Below are positions 63,387 to 64,000 of a stretch of DNA of 64,000 bases, piece by piece (the stretch's first letter is position 1; each line of letters begins with the position of its first letter). The DNA comes from Bugula neritina. Lineage: Eukaryota; Animalia; Bryozoa. The stretch covers positions 744,001-808,000 of the forward strand of contig CAXIUT010000183.1 in the NCBI GenBank assembly GCA_964035545.1, written 5' to 3'. The position numbers and the translations under genes are program-made. The notes under the pieces are model-generated. The model was not told where the DNA came from and ran no database searches. It saw only the letters and a list, made by a program, of their open reading frames with translations.

Positions 63387-64000
63387 AACATACTGAAATA
63401 TACTGTAACACACTGAAGTACACTGCAACTGACTGAAATATACTGCAATATACAGAAATACACTGCAACATCCTACAAAATGCTGAAATACACTGTAACA
63501 TATTGAAATACACTGCAACACATTGAAACATACTGCAACATACCGAAATATATAGTAAACTACTGAAATAAACTGTAACACATTGAAAAATACTGCAACA
63601 TACTGAAATATACTGCAACATACCTAAATATACGGTAATATACTGAAATATACTATAACACACCGAAATATACTGCAACATACTGAAATACACTGTAACA
63701 TACTGAAATATACTGTAACACACTGAAGTACACTGCAACTGACTGAAATATACTGCAATATACAGAAATACACTGCAACATCCTACAAAATGCTGAAATA
63801 CACTGTAACATATTGAAATACACTGCAACACATTGAAACATACTGCAACATACCGAAATATATAGTAAACTACTGAAATAAACTGTAACACATTGAAAAA
63901 TACTGCAACATACTGAAATATACTGCAACATACCTAAATATACGGTAATATACTGAAATATACTATAACACACCGAAATATACTGCAACATACTGAAATA
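63387..64000. repeat. Tandem duplication, period 310 bp (second copy runs to the window edge)
   Basis: CACTGAAGTACACTGCAACTGACTG at 63411 and 63721. TACTATAACACACCG at 63651 and 63961. Confidence 0.88.

Larger units (their letters stand above)
1..64000. repeat. Satellite DNA array with a 10-bp basic unit (ACTGAAATAY / ACTGYAACAY), ~20-bp dimer period and higher-order structure; extends past both window edges
   Basis: ACTG (or the variants ATTG, ACTA, ACCG) recurs every 10 nt on essentially every line, in the same orientation from base 1 to 64000. No non-repeat sequence was seen. The + strand is A/C-rich and G-poor. Confidence 0.98.
31900..64000. repeat. Satellite sub-family 2 (right domain)
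   Basis: Diagnostic variants seen only here: GCAAGAAATTGAAATAGACT, CATAACAAAA, TAGACTTTAAC, GACACCTAGC, GACACTTTGC, ACTGCCGCAT, GTGACATCCTG, AATAATGCAA, TACTTTGTAAC. They first appear at ~32.2-35 kb. Confidence 0.8.

Noticed and set aside
93-63991. All listed minus-strand ORFs (60-282 aa), e.g. 11337-12185, 19551-20399, 31538-32377, 63085-63891
   Set aside because: They overlap in all three frames, translate to the same cyclic low-complexity peptide and have no recognisable domain. The 10-bp period and the 70, 100 and 1-2 bp indels ignore codon phase. Repeat composition explains them fully.
1-64000. CRISPR array or repeat-spacer system
   Set aside because: There are no unique spacers. The sequence between landmarks is the same 10-bp repeat, and no cas-like or other genes are present.
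1-64000. Telomeric repeat tract
   Set aside because: There are no G-runs and the unit does not resemble TTAGGG-like motifs. Kb-scale copied variant patterns indicate recombinational amplification rather than telomerase addition. A subtelomeric location cannot be excluded.
1-64000. Giant repetitive protein under an alternative genetic code
   Set aside because: The + strand has both TGA and TAA in all frames. The minus strand has all three stop types at landmarks (TCA, CTA and TTA on the + strand). Repeated frameshifting indels break any single frame.
1-64000. Transposon insertion or inversion within the array
   Set aside because: No reverse-orientation units (CAGTAT/TTTCAG runs), terminal repeats, target-site duplications or foreign sequence were seen.
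1-64000. Whole window being a sequencing or assembly artefact
   Set aside because: Consistent diagnostic variants shared across dispersed paralogues, together with private SNPs, look like real evolutionary structure. Individual near-identical duplications still need read validation.
1-64000. Assignment to a known satellite (e.g. Drosophila Prodsat AATAACATAG, alpha satellite) or to a species
   Set aside because: The unit sequence differs from those families, and I cannot support any taxon assignment without a database search.

Overview
The whole 64 kb is one uninterrupted tandem satellite array in a single orientation, most likely eukaryotic heterochromatic or centromere-type DNA. The organism cannot be determined from this window. 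The basic unit is 10 bp in two main types, A = ACTGAAATA(T/C) and B = ACTGCAACA(T/C) or ACTGTAACA(T/C), which mostly alternate to give a ~20-bp dimer (ACTGAAATAYACTGYAACAY). Rarer variant units occur in a fixed order and define a ~200-230-bp monomer. Monomers are amplified in nested, near-identical duplications with periods of 310, 490, 789, 1190, 2577, 2929, 3060/3270, 7024/8214 and ~9400-9700 bp. Two sub-families with different diagnostic variants meet at about 31.9-32.2 kb. I found no credible protein-coding gene, RNA gene, transposon, CRISPR array or unique sequence. The many short minus-strand ORFs are a by-product of the repeat's strand asymmetry. The interesting biology here is the architecture and evolution of the satellite, not a gene system. 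Block boundaries were read by eye and from offsets between identical ORF translations, so they are approximate.
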